Virus record (IMG/VR): IMGVR_UViG_3300045970_000794
Location: 124,001 to 188,000 of that record
Length of the DNA stretch: 64,000 nt
Direction: 5' to 3' (one strand)
A program made the translations under genes and the position numbers. The notes beneath the pieces are model-generated. The model was given only the letters and a program-made list of their open reading frames with translations. It did not search any database and was not told the origin of the DNA. Each line of letters begins with the position of its first letter. The first letter of the stretch is position 1. Below, in pieces: positions 53,785-62,724 of the stretch.

Positions 53785-55386
53785 CTAAAATGACCCACCA
53801 TCGAGCACATCCCATTCAGCAATTACTCTTACACCATTAGGTGTTGTAACATCACTACTTCGAATCACAATATCATTTAATTGAGTTACAAAGCCTCTGT
53901 TAGCGTACCCATTTAGTGCTGTATATTCACTAATATCTGGAACATTACTTGCAGTAAGTCCAGTTAATGTCTGCATTGTTCTAATATCAAGATTAACTGA
54001 CGAACCAGACGTTCCACTACCATCTTGAATGGTCCAACCAGCACCAATTGACGCTGAGGTAGTACTACCAGTAGGATTATAATTAATATAAACATTATTA
54101 TCTTCAATATATAATTCAGATGTAAATGCTGAAATTGCTTGACCAAATAATGTTAAATTACCATAAACTAATAAATCACCAGAACCAATTGTTTGACCAA
54201 CTGTTAATCCAGATACTACTGTTAAACCACCTGTTATAATATCACCAGTAACATTAACATAGCGACTATCTAAATCAATTAGTGTATGATGTACACTAGT
54301 ATCAGCAGTATGTGCAGTAAAATTAATATTATCAGTCTTAGAATCTAATGATGTTTGTAAATTAATTACAGCACTAATAGGATGAGTATGAGCACTATCA
54401 CCAATAATACTTAAAGTAATACTAGATAATGGATAATGAATAGTTGTATCACCAGTATGACTAACAAAATCAATTATTGTAACAGCAGATATTTGAGTAG
54501 TAGTTACATAATGAGGATTATTTGTATCACCAGTATGATTCGCAAAATCAGTTTGGTATGTCAACGCACTTAAACTAACACTATAAGCACTTAAACTATC
54601 ATTTCTATCAAAATAAATTGTTTTATTATCAAAAGTACTAGCTGTTGTGAATGTATTTGTATCACTACCAGTTAAAGCAAATATATTAAGTAAATTAGTA
54701 CCACCTGACAATATTGTATCACCACTTATTGTTATTGCACTAATTGATGGTGTAATTAAACCACCACTCATTGTACCACCTGTTATATTTACATATAAAC
54801 CATCTAATTCAGTAATTGTATGATGAACACTAGTGTCGGCAGTATGAGTAGTTAAATCAGATTGATAAGCTAATGTATTTAAATTAGCTGTATATGCAGA
54901 TAATTGGTCATTCCTATCAAAATAAACCGTTTTATCAATTAATGTTGCACCAGTAGTAAAAGTATCGGCACTTAATAGATTGGCAAATGACGTTAAATCA
55001 ACATCAATATCAACACCATCACTTCTATAATATCTTAAAAGATAGCCAGTATTACTTCCACTAACAACATATTTATCCAATCCATTGATAACGTCAATTA
55101 ATGGTGTACCACCGCTATAATATGTGTCAGCACTAACGGTAAGTGTACTTATTGGCATGGTGAATACCGTAACACCACTCAATAGATGAATTTCACTATC
55201 ACCGCTACATGAGTAAATATGGTTAGTAACTACACCAGTGCATGCGGTAATGCTAATGAAATCAGTTCCATTAGGTTCGATTATAACATTTTCAATAATA
55301 TTTGGTTGTGTAGGACACGTATTTTGTGATTCATACCCACCGTTTGTTATATAAATGTTCTCGTTTATTTCATTGCAATTACCCAT
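53785..55386 (-). CDS. Tail fibre-like protein
   Basis: Thr/Ser/Gly-rich. Repeats DTxTFTTxxTxxxKTxYFDRND and HTxDTxxH. Ends with LDGGSF. Confidence 0.6.
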   Translation of the reverse strand: MGNCNEINENIYITNGGYESQNTCPTQPNIIENVIIEPNGTDFISITACTGVVTNHIYSCSGDSEIHLLSGVTVFTMPISTLTVSADTYYSGGTPLIDVINGLDKYVVSGSNTGYLLRYYRSDGVDIDVDLTSFANLLSADTFTTGATLIDKTVYFDRNDQLSAYTANLNTLAYQSDLTTHTADTSVHHTITELDGLYVNITGGTMSGGLITPSISAITISGDTILSGGTNLLNIFALTGSDTNTFTTASTFDNKTIYFDRNDSLSAYSVSLSALTYQTDFANHTGDTNNPHYVTTTQISAVTIIDFVSHTGDTTIHYPLSSITLSIIGDSAHTHPISAVINLQTSLDSKTDNINFTAHTADTSVHHTLIDLDSRYVNVTGDIITGGLTVVSGLTVGQTIGSGDLLVYGNLTLFGQAISAFTSELYIEDNNVYINYNPTGSTTSASIGAGWTIQDGSGTSGSSVNLDIRTMQTLTGLTASNVPDISEYTALNGYANRGFVTQLNDIVIRSSDVTTPNGVRVIAEWDVLDGGSF

Positions 55387-55387
55387 A

Positions 55388-56434
55388 TTATAATATTATT
55401 CCTGTTAATCTAAATTTTCCTGTTATTTGTTGATTTTTAGTAAAATCAATTCTTAATGTCTGACCAGCATTAATTTCAAAAGGAAATGCTGTTACAACAT
55501 TGTCAATTCTATATATTGGGTTCGTAATTCCTTGTATTGGTACGAATGTATTAAATAATGCATGATAATTATGAATCATTTCAAAATAATTTTGAGCAAA
55601 TGGTTTACAAACAATATTCAAGTTAATTGTAGCTTGAGCTTCACATACAGTTGTTTTAACAATTGGTTTAGTTGGTTCACATAATTCGACCATTACCATT
55701 GTTCTATCAATTGATGGAACTACTTTAAAATCTTCTTCATTAATTATGTAGCCCAAAAGTTTCATTTCAAACATTTGAACATAAAATCTTCTATTTTCAA
55801 AATCATCAATTGGACTTTCATCACCAATACTTTCTAAATGAACTGGCATTGGATGACCATTAGGTGAAATATAAAATTGTCTTGATTGAAAAGTTTCTTG
55901 TATTTTAACGTTAAATTTATTCAATTCACGCATTCTATTGCAAAATAACCTTACTTCATATGTCATATCAACGGATGTTGGCTGTGGCACTCTATAAGTA
56001 TCCACACCAGCTCGTCCACCGTTCCATGTCGGAACTTTCATGTATGCATATGTGTGATGACCTGGTATATTCCATAAACTTTTTTGATTTGTACCCACTT
56101 GAACATCTGGTTTTCTAACTACTGTAATAAAAGGCATTTGCATATCCTTAAATTCATCAGTAAATTTCCAAGTTCTAGCAAATTCAGCCCATCTTTGAAT
56201 GGTTAAGAATATTACTGGGACTTTTTCACCATCAATTACTATTTGTAAATCTTCATTAACGAATTCAATAAATGTTTTATCCAAATCTTCATACATAACA
56301 CCTCTAGGAAGATAAGTACCACCTTTGGCAATATCTTCAGTAACCATTTCTTCCCTTCTTCTTGGTCCGAAATGTTCTGGATATAATTTCAAATCCTTAC
56401 GAAAACCCTTAGAAAATCCTTTTGGTAATCCCAT
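55388..56434 (-). CDS. Tail completion / sheath stabiliser (T4 gp15-like)
   Basis: YEDLDKTFIEF, QRWAEF, MPFITVVR and PTSVDMTYEVRLF. Position next to the neck genes. Confidence 0.6.
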   Translation of the reverse strand: MGLPKGFSKGFRKDLKLYPEHFGPRRREEMVTEDIAKGGTYLPRGVMYEDLDKTFIEFVNEDLQIVIDGEKVPVIFLTIQRWAEFARTWKFTDEFKDMQMPFITVVRKPDVQVGTNQKSLWNIPGHHTYAYMKVPTWNGGRAGVDTYRVPQPTSVDMTYEVRLFCNRMRELNKFNVKIQETFQSRQFYISPNGHPMPVHLESIGDESPIDDFENRRFYVQMFEMKLLGYIINEEDFKVVPSIDRTMVMVELCEPTKPIVKTTVCEAQATINLNIVCKPFAQNYFEMIHNYHALFNTFVPIQGITNPIYRIDNVVTAFPFEINAGQTLRIDFTKNQQITGKFRLTGIIL

Positions 56435-56435
56435 A

Positions 56436-57056
56436 TCACATTATTTTTTTACCTTTAACCATATTATCTTTAGCCCATAATGGTTGTAAATTACTTAATG
56501 CATTTACAACACTAGGTGGTGTATCGGCTGAAAAGCTACAAACTGGTATTTTATGGTCAATATGCCATTCACCATAATTATTCCATGACATACCCTCAAC
56601 AAATAAAGATTCTAAATGCTCTTTTAATTGGTGTGGTGAATATCCTAGTAAATCAATGGTATGACCACTTTTTTTCTGACCTAACCGCCTCAATGATAAA
56701 TATAATAAACCTCTCCATTTATCACCTATTGTTTGTTTTCGACCTTTTTTTCGTTCTTTATCATATTGTTTAAGCTTAGCATCATTTTTAATCCTATATT
56801 CCTTTTGCCATTTAGAAATTATTTCAGCATTTTCAATTGTATATGTTTTTTTCTTAATCGATATTATTTCTTTATTAGATTCACGATATATTTTAACCAC
56901 TGAACAAATTTTGTCTTTATTAATAATATAACGCTGCCCATCAATTTCTTTTTTACATGTTTTACAATATGTTGAATATCCATCTTTAGATGCTGAACAT
57001 TTATTAAAATCTTCAATTGGTTTATCAATACTACACTTATAACATATTTTAACCAT
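56436..57056 (-). mobile_element. HNH homing endonuclease (probable start MVKICY at 57056)
   Basis: N-terminal CYKC...KDGYSTYCKTC zinc ribbon. WHIDHKIP...NLQPLWAKDN HNH core. Confidence 0.8.
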
Positions 57057-57057
57057 T

Positions 57058-57836
57058 TTATAATCCCTCAAATTCTATTTTATATTTCCATAAATATCCA
57101 CCAGCTGTATTACGTTTTCCAGATAATACCGAATTTATATGTTTATGTATTTTTTTAATTTCACAAACCGATTTCCATTCTTTAATTATTTCACCATCTA
57201 ATGATAATTGAAGAACTGATTTTGGCCTTTGTTTTTCGTGTTTATTTTTAACTAAATAAACATCACGCTTTAATAATTCATCAGATTTATAACGCCAAAT
57301 AAACCCACCAGCACTACTTCTTTTTTTATTAACGACTAAATTTATATTTTTAATATTAAAATTAATTTTAACATCATTAACCGATTCCCATTCTTTAATA
57401 AAATTACCATTCAAATCATATTGGATTACTGAGTCAATTATTTTTGATTTTTTAAAATAGTCAATATTTTTTGGTGTTTTACCTTTTTTTGTTTTTGACA
57501 TTTTATTTTTAGTTTAATCACTTAATTTAACACCTAATGACCCACCATCACCACCATTTGTTAAATTTTTTAATTCAAAACCCCATGTTTTGAATTGATT
57601 TATCCAGTATATCTCCCAAAATCCCCATTCCAAATTTGGTACAATATCAATTATTTCAATTATTGGTGTTTCGTTTCGATTTATTAACGATTTAATCCAA
57701 GCATCTCGTTTAGTTAGTTTTTTTTTGTTTTAGCGTCAAAAATATGACGATATAATCTCTGTTTTAAATTATTTGTTTTACCAATATATTTAACACCAAA
57801 ACTATCACTTAAACTATATATAAATACTGTATCCAT
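57058..57836 (-). pseudogene. Inactivated GIY-YIG homing endonuclease with NUMOD3/NUMOD1 domains
   Basis: ATG at 57836 gives MDTVFIYSLSD..KYIGKTNNLKQRLYRH. A 1-nt frameshift occurs in the A9 run (57718-57726). The next frame gives EIYWINQFKTWGFELKNLTNGG, then an in-frame TAA (57514-57516), then the 147-aa NUMOD1-repeat ORF 57058..57501. Confidence 0.8.
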
Positions 57837-57839
57837 ATT

Positions 57840-58364
57840 TTATTCAGCTGAAAATTCTATTTTATCAACAGGAGCGCAGATTACAGTTCTAAATGCACCT
57901 TCAAACCCCATTATTGTATGTTTATTATCAAAATGTTTTATACCATCATTAACAACACTGAAAAATCTAAGTTCAGTTTCGGTTATTGGGTATCCAATGT
58001 AATCACCATAAGATAAATCAACTTCTAATTCAGTTAATTGTTCTTCATAGATTCCAAATGTTAATTGTCCATCTTGAATGTATCTTAAACTACCAGAATC
58101 TTTACCATATACAGCATTTTCTGGTTCCGCTATGATTGGTACTACTTTTAATTCAACAGGTGTTTTAAATCTGATATCTTTTTTACCAGCTTCACCATAT
58201 AATGAATCAGTTTCACTCAAACCCCTATCAACTTGATAAAGTACCACAACAAAATTACCATCACCTTCAATTGCTTCCCTACCTAAAGATACCTCAAGTT
58301 CAAAATCCTCCCTAGAATACCATTTATTTATCCTAGTTATAGGCATTTTTCTACTATTTCCCAT
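57840..58364 (-). CDS. Neck/head completion protein (T4 gp14-like)
   Basis: VVLYQVD...SLYGEA..IRFKTPVEL, YIQDGQLTFGIY and DLSYGDYIGY. Confidence 0.55.
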   Translation of the reverse strand: MGNSRKMPITRINKWYSREDFELEVSLGREAIEGDGNFVVVLYQVDRGLSETDSLYGEAGKKDIRFKTPVELKVVPIIAEPENAVYGKDSGSLRYIQDGQLTFGIYEEQLTELEVDLSYGDYIGYPITETELRFFSVVNDGIKHFDNKHTIMGFEGAFRTVICAPVDKIEFSAE

Positions 58365-59130
58365 GATTTTTAACGTATTTATGTATTATTTTATTTGAGC
58401 AACCATATATCTCCCCAATTTGAACTAAATTTAATCCATTTTGTTTATATTCAGTTATTTGATTAACATCTAAATTATATTTATTAGACTTAGGTTTATA
58501 TATCTCAAAACGCCTAAGATTATTATTTATAACATCCTTTGAACAATTAAAATGTTTTGCTATCTCAGTTATTTTAAAGTTTTTATTTAAAAATAAATCT
58601 CTTAATTCATCCCCATTTATTTTATATTTAAAATTACCATTATTTTCATATTTATGAATTCCAAGTAATTTAACTTTTTCACTTCGTTGTTTTAACACTT
58701 TTTTCGATAATGATTTACCGTGCATCGGGTTGTTTTTACCAATATTAATTTTCTTCATATATTCTTTGGTTTCTTCGCTATGTTTTAAACCTAAACACCC
58801 TTCACCACCTTTGGTTATATTATAACCAATAGATTTTTCAGTTGAATTATATTTTTGAATCCAATATTTTTCTTTATTATCTAATATTTCTTTAGTATTA
58901 CAATGTTCAAGAATTTCCTTAATAAAATTATTTTTACCGTATTTTTTAATAGCTAATTTTATTATTTTACCAGAACCAATATAATTAGGATTATTTTTAG
59001 AATCTTGACCAATATAAATTTTACCATTGATTAGGTTAGTTGTTTTATAAACAACCATATCAAGTTCAAAATCTTCACGAGAATAGAACTTATTAATTCG
59101 AGTAATTGGTATCTTTCTATTTGCTGCCAT
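58354..59130 (-). mobile_element. GIY-YIG homing endonuclease fused in frame to a duplicate of the neck gene's first 24 codons
   Basis: MAANRKIPITRINKFYSREDFELD, then MVVYKTTNLINGKIYIGQ (own ATG at 59058), EKYWI..YN and NUMOD3 HSEETKEYM. Confidence 0.85.
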
Positions 59131-59219
59131 AATTTTTCTTTTTAGATAAATATTTATGTATTCATAAATAAGCCAGTAAGTATTGATTTTTTATTAATAT
59201 TTAGTAAATTTAGTTCACT

Positions 59220-61076
59220 ATGATAAATATAGATGATATAAAAAATCGGTCATCATTGACATTATTAGAAGGTTATAGTGGTAATAACCCATATATTCGT
59301 AAATTGAAATGGGATTATGTACAGCGTAAAACTAAATTAACTGATAATCAAATGAAATATGTAATTGATAATCACGACAAAGAGCCAATTAAAATGGATA
59401 AAGTCGTGAGGATATCACTATTACTAGGTGAAGAGTTACAAAAACAAACAAATGTTTCATTCGTACCAGAGAAAATATTAATTGAATATTTATTGGCTGA
59501 TACTGAAAAAGCTTTCCACATAATTGGTAAATTAAAGAAAAATCAAAAGGAATCCAGAATGTACTGGATACCTAAAACTCAAATATTTGATGACATATAT
59601 TTTGATGAAATTGACATTGAAGTTGATTTTGACAAATATAAAGCTCTTGATTCACTACATAGAGAACCATTCGAACATCAAAAAACGGGTGTTAAATTTC
59701 TATTAAGTCGAAATGGGTGTATTTTAGCTGATGATATGGGTCTTGCCAAAACATGGCAAGCAATTGTTGCGGCTTTGGAGTCTAATTGTATGAAAATATT
59801 AGTAGTTTGTCCATCTTCAGTTAAAATTAATTGGCAACGTGAAATTAACTGTTTTTGTGATGATACTGTAATTGTTAGTGGTAAAAAATGGAAATCATCT
59901 AGATTCACAATTATTAACTATGATATTCTTAAAAATTTCCATACAATTAAAGAACCTAAAAAATCAGAAGAAGAAGTTACTGTTGAGGTTAAGACTCAAT
60001 TAATTAAAGGTGATTTTGATTTAGTTATTATCGATGAAGCCCATTACCTTAAAAACCCAAAAAGTATTAGAGGTAAGATTATGACTGATTTATGTATTAA
60101 ACATAATATTGAAAAAGTGTGGTTATTATCTGGTACTCCAATTACAAATCGACCTATGGATTATTATAACCTTTTAAAGCTAATTAAGAGCCCTATAACA
60201 GACAATTGGGTCTTTTATGCAAAAAGGTATTGCGATGGGAAAAAGTTCTTTAAAACGCTTAAAACTGGTCAAAGAAAGCAAATATGGCTTACAAATGGTT
60301 CTTCTAACTTAGATGAGTTGGCTCAGAAAACTAGAAACATTATGTTAAGGCGTAAAAAGGAAGAAGTATTGGATATGCCAGAAAAGACTAGAATTCCAGT
60401 CTTCCATGAGTTAGATAAAGCTGGATGGGCTGAATATGATAATCTTTGGGATGAATATTTAGAACAAAGGAAACTTGACGGTAAAACAGTTAATCTACAA
60501 CGAGATTTAACTGAAACTATTTTATTGAGACGATTCATTGCTAAACAATCAATACAACATACTATTGATTTAGCTAATAGTGCGATTGAGCAAGAACAAA
60601 AAGTAATTATATTCACAACATTTACTGATGAATTATTGGAATTGCAAGAATATTTTGGAAAAGAATGTGTTGTTCACTACGGTAAAATAAATGACCGACA
60701 AAAGCAATATGCTGTTGATAAATTTCAAACTGACCCTAATATTAAAGTGTTTATTGGTAACGTAATATCGGCTGGTGTTGGTATTACCTTGACAGCTGCT
60801 AATATAGTTATATTTAATTCATATGATTGGACACCTGGTAATAATGACCAATGTGAAGACCGTGCTTATCGTATTGGTCAAAATAATAATGTTACAGTAT
60901 ATTATCATTTATTTATGAGAACCATATCAACAGTGATGTGGAAAATATTATATGAGAAAAGAAACATAATCTCAATCATCATGAGTGAACAGAATTGTCC
61001 AGAAGATATTGCGATTGATATTATATTAAAAGATGAATTAACTAATGGAACAGAAAGTAATTGTATATCTGATTAA
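59220..61076 (+). CDS. SNF2/SWI2-family helicase
   Basis: HQKTGVKF, LADDMGLAKT, VVCPSSVKINW, IIDEAH, LSGTPITNRP, GVGITLT and QCEDRAYRIGQ. Confidence 0.88.
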   Translation: MINIDDIKNRSSLTLLEGYSGNNPYIRKLKWDYVQRKTKLTDNQMKYVIDNHDKEPIKMDKVVRISLLLGEELQKQTNVSFVPEKILIEYLLADTEKAFHIIGKLKKNQKESRMYWIPKTQIFDDIYFDEIDIEVDFDKYKALDSLHREPFEHQKTGVKFLLSRNGCILADDMGLAKTWQAIVAALESNCMKILVVCPSSVKINWQREINCFCDDTVIVSGKKWKSSRFTIINYDILKNFHTIKEPKKSEEEVTVEVKTQLIKGDFDLVIIDEAHYLKNPKSIRGKIMTDLCIKHNIEKVWLLSGTPITNRPMDYYNLLKLIKSPITDNWVFYAKRYCDGKKFFKTLKTGQRKQIWLTNGSSNLDELAQKTRNIMLRRKKEEVLDMPEKTRIPVFHELDKAGWAEYDNLWDEYLEQRKLDGKTVNLQRDLTETILLRRFIAKQSIQHTIDLANSAIEQEQKVIIFTTFTDELLELQEYFGKECVVHYGKINDRQKQYAVDKFQTDPNIKVFIGNVISAGVGITLTAANIVIFNSYDWTPGNNDQCEDRAYRIGQNNNVTVYYHLFMRTISTVMWKILYEKRNIISIIMSEQNCPEDIAIDIILKDELTNGTESNCISD

Positions 61077-61317
61077 TGAGTGCCCTTATTGTGAAAAGCT
61101 TGAAAAATTACTTAATGAAGCTAATATTGAACATACAGCTATCAATATTGACACTAAAGAAGGTGATGAATTGTTTAAGCCAGTGTATGACTTAACTAAA
61201 TCTGAAATGGTTCCAACAATTGTGATTGGGGAACGAATATTAGTACCAGAAATTAGTTTTATGACAATAGATATGGCATTTAAATTAATAAAAATGACAT
61301 TAAGTGGTGAAGTTTAA
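61045..61317 (+). CDS. Glutaredoxin/NrdH-like redoxin
   Basis: CPYC active site and VPTIVI cis-Pro motif. Confidence 0.8.
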   Translation: MEQKVIVYLINECPYCEKLEKLLNEANIEHTAINIDTKEGDELFKPVYDLTKSEMVPTIVIGERILVPEISFMTIDMAFKLIKMTLSGEV

Positions 61318-61608
61318 TTATTCTTCGCCTTTTTTGTTCATTAATTTAGTTATTCTTAAATTTAATATTTTTTTACCATTAATTGTTGGGTGACCGAACT
61401 CATCGGTATCAATATCTTTAACTTTAACCTTTTTATTTCTAAATTTACCCATTAAAACTTCATCACCAACCTCAATTGGTAATTCAATCACTTCATTCAA
61501 CTCATTAATTCTATCAATTTGAGATTCAGTTACAATAATTCTTCTAGGATTACCATTTCTGATTTTATCGTACTGTGATTCAGTAATTTTTATAGTTCGT
61601 TTAGCCAT
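61318..61608 (-). CDS. Hypothetical protein with two I(K/V)xTESQ motifs (start MAKRTI at 61608)
   Basis: KRTIKITESQY and RRIIVTESQI. SH3/KOW-like C-terminus (EVGDEVLMGKFRNKKVKV). Confidence 0.55.
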   Translation of the reverse strand: MAKRTIKITESQYDKIRNGNPRRIIVTESQIDRINELNEVIELPIEVGDEVLMGKFRNKKVKVKDIDTDEFGHPTINGKKILNLRITKLMNKKGEE

Positions 61609-61677
61609 TGGATATGTTTTTATATAAATATTGTGCTGATATTGAAAGTTATTGATATTTATATGTAAAAGATTATT

Positions 61678-61737
61678 ATGGCAGCAACACAAGCAGAAAA
61701 AGATAGATTATTCAGTATATCAAATCCAATTTTTTAA
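61678..61737 (+). pseudogene. Orphaned 5' end of the neck gene (MAATQAEKDRLFS...)
   Basis: Matches MAASEIEKTRLF at 62725 at 8 of 12 residues. Similarity ends at the endonuclease stop codon (61712-61714). Confidence 0.65.
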
Positions 61738-62482
61738 CAATATTTTCATTGTATTTTATTTCGACTAGTGTAATATTATTTTTATTACAATATTTTCGTT
61801 TAATTTCATCACTCTCAGTTGTTAACTTAAATGCATTCTCACCAAAAAGTTTGCATGGTCTATAATGTTGTTCGCCTTGATATTCAATACATGTATTATA
61901 TTCTGGAATATAAAAGTCAAATGGTAATAGATTAATTCGCTTGCAATCATCAAATTTATGTTGTGGAATGAAATTAATATTGTGTTTATTCAAATAATCT
62001 CTAATTGTTTTTTCACCATTAGATTCAGAACACATTGGGCATCCACGACCTTTTTTATGGTGATGTGGTATCTGTGTAAAATCACCATGTATTGGACATG
62101 TGATGATTATTTTAGTCGTAGAATTAACATATATAACTTTTGAATAGTTATAAAAACCATTATGTATTTTTGATAATTCATTAATATATGATTCGGTCGT
62201 TATTCTTGGTATTTTTAATTTGTATGCCTTTTCTTTAATGTCTTTAGCATCTCTTCTTAATTTTTCCCCACAATATTTACTACCAAAATTACTATAGTTT
62301 TCTTTTAAAAATAAAATTTCATCAGTACCCCAAACATTTAAAATATTTAATCCTAATTTATTTGCTTTAACACGTATTGCATTTTTATTTCTATCTAAAA
62401 ACGATGTACATCCAGCTACACCGTTAATCGGGTAGTTTTTGATTAATATATCAATTTCTTCATTAGTCCAATATGTGTTCAT
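61712..62482 (-). mobile_element. Homing-endonuclease-like protein: helical repeats, DUF723-like zinc ribbon and PD-(D/E)xK/DUF559-type domain
   Basis: WTNEEIDIL repeats, CPIHGDF...GCPMC and LPFDFYIPEYNTCIEYQGEQHY. Confidence 0.75.
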
Positions 62483-62642
62483 GTTTTATACCTATATTAA
62501 TTTTTTCCCTTATTATTTCAGATAATTTAACTATTCTATTTTCTTCATTACTACGCTTAATCGTTAAATTAACCAATTGATTATAGATATTTTCATCTAT
62601 TTTAATTGATATGTGTTTCAAATTCATTTTATTTCGTCCCAT
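62463..62642 (-). CDS. Small ribbon-helix-helix-like DNA-binding protein (59 aa, not in the ORF track)
   Basis: MGRNKMNLKHISIKIDENIYNQLVNLTIKRSNEENRIVKLSEIIREKINIGIKHEHILD*. Alternating beta strand followed by two helices. Overlaps the endonuclease start. Confidence 0.55.
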   Translation of the reverse strand: MGRNKMNLKHISIKIDENIYNQLVNLTIKRSNEENRIVKLSEIIREKINIGIKHEHILD

Positions 62643-62724
62643 AATATATTGTATTACTTTATAATAAATATACGAATATTTAAAAAATTAGTTGCATTCA
62701 GATATTTATTTAAAAAATAAAATT

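Noticed and set aside
47472-55386. Diversity-generating retroelement or invertible fibre cassette
   Set aside because: No reverse transcriptase or invertase gene is present. The repeats are in-frame tandems rather than adenine-specific TR/VR pairs or inverted repeats.
57718-57726. Programmed -1 frameshift restoring the GIY-YIG nuclease
   Set aside because: Even after slippage in the A9 run, an in-frame TAA at 57514-57516 truncates the protein, so decay is the simpler reading.
58354-59130. Group I intron interrupting the neck gene
   Set aside because: The downstream part has its own ATG and a full duplicate of the first 24 codons, so splicing is unnecessary. There is no non-coding space for an intron core.
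59725-59752. Inactive SNF2 helicase because Walker A reads GLAKT instead of GLGKT
   Set aside because: All other motifs (DEAH, SGT, QxxxRxxRxGQ) are intact, and one substitution is not enough evidence.
5297-60616. Many short antisense or nested ORFs in the track (e.g. 5297..5701, 10595..10990, 26428..26964, 43032..43361)
   Set aside because: They are shadow frames of well-supported long genes, with no recognisable motifs or independent start signals.
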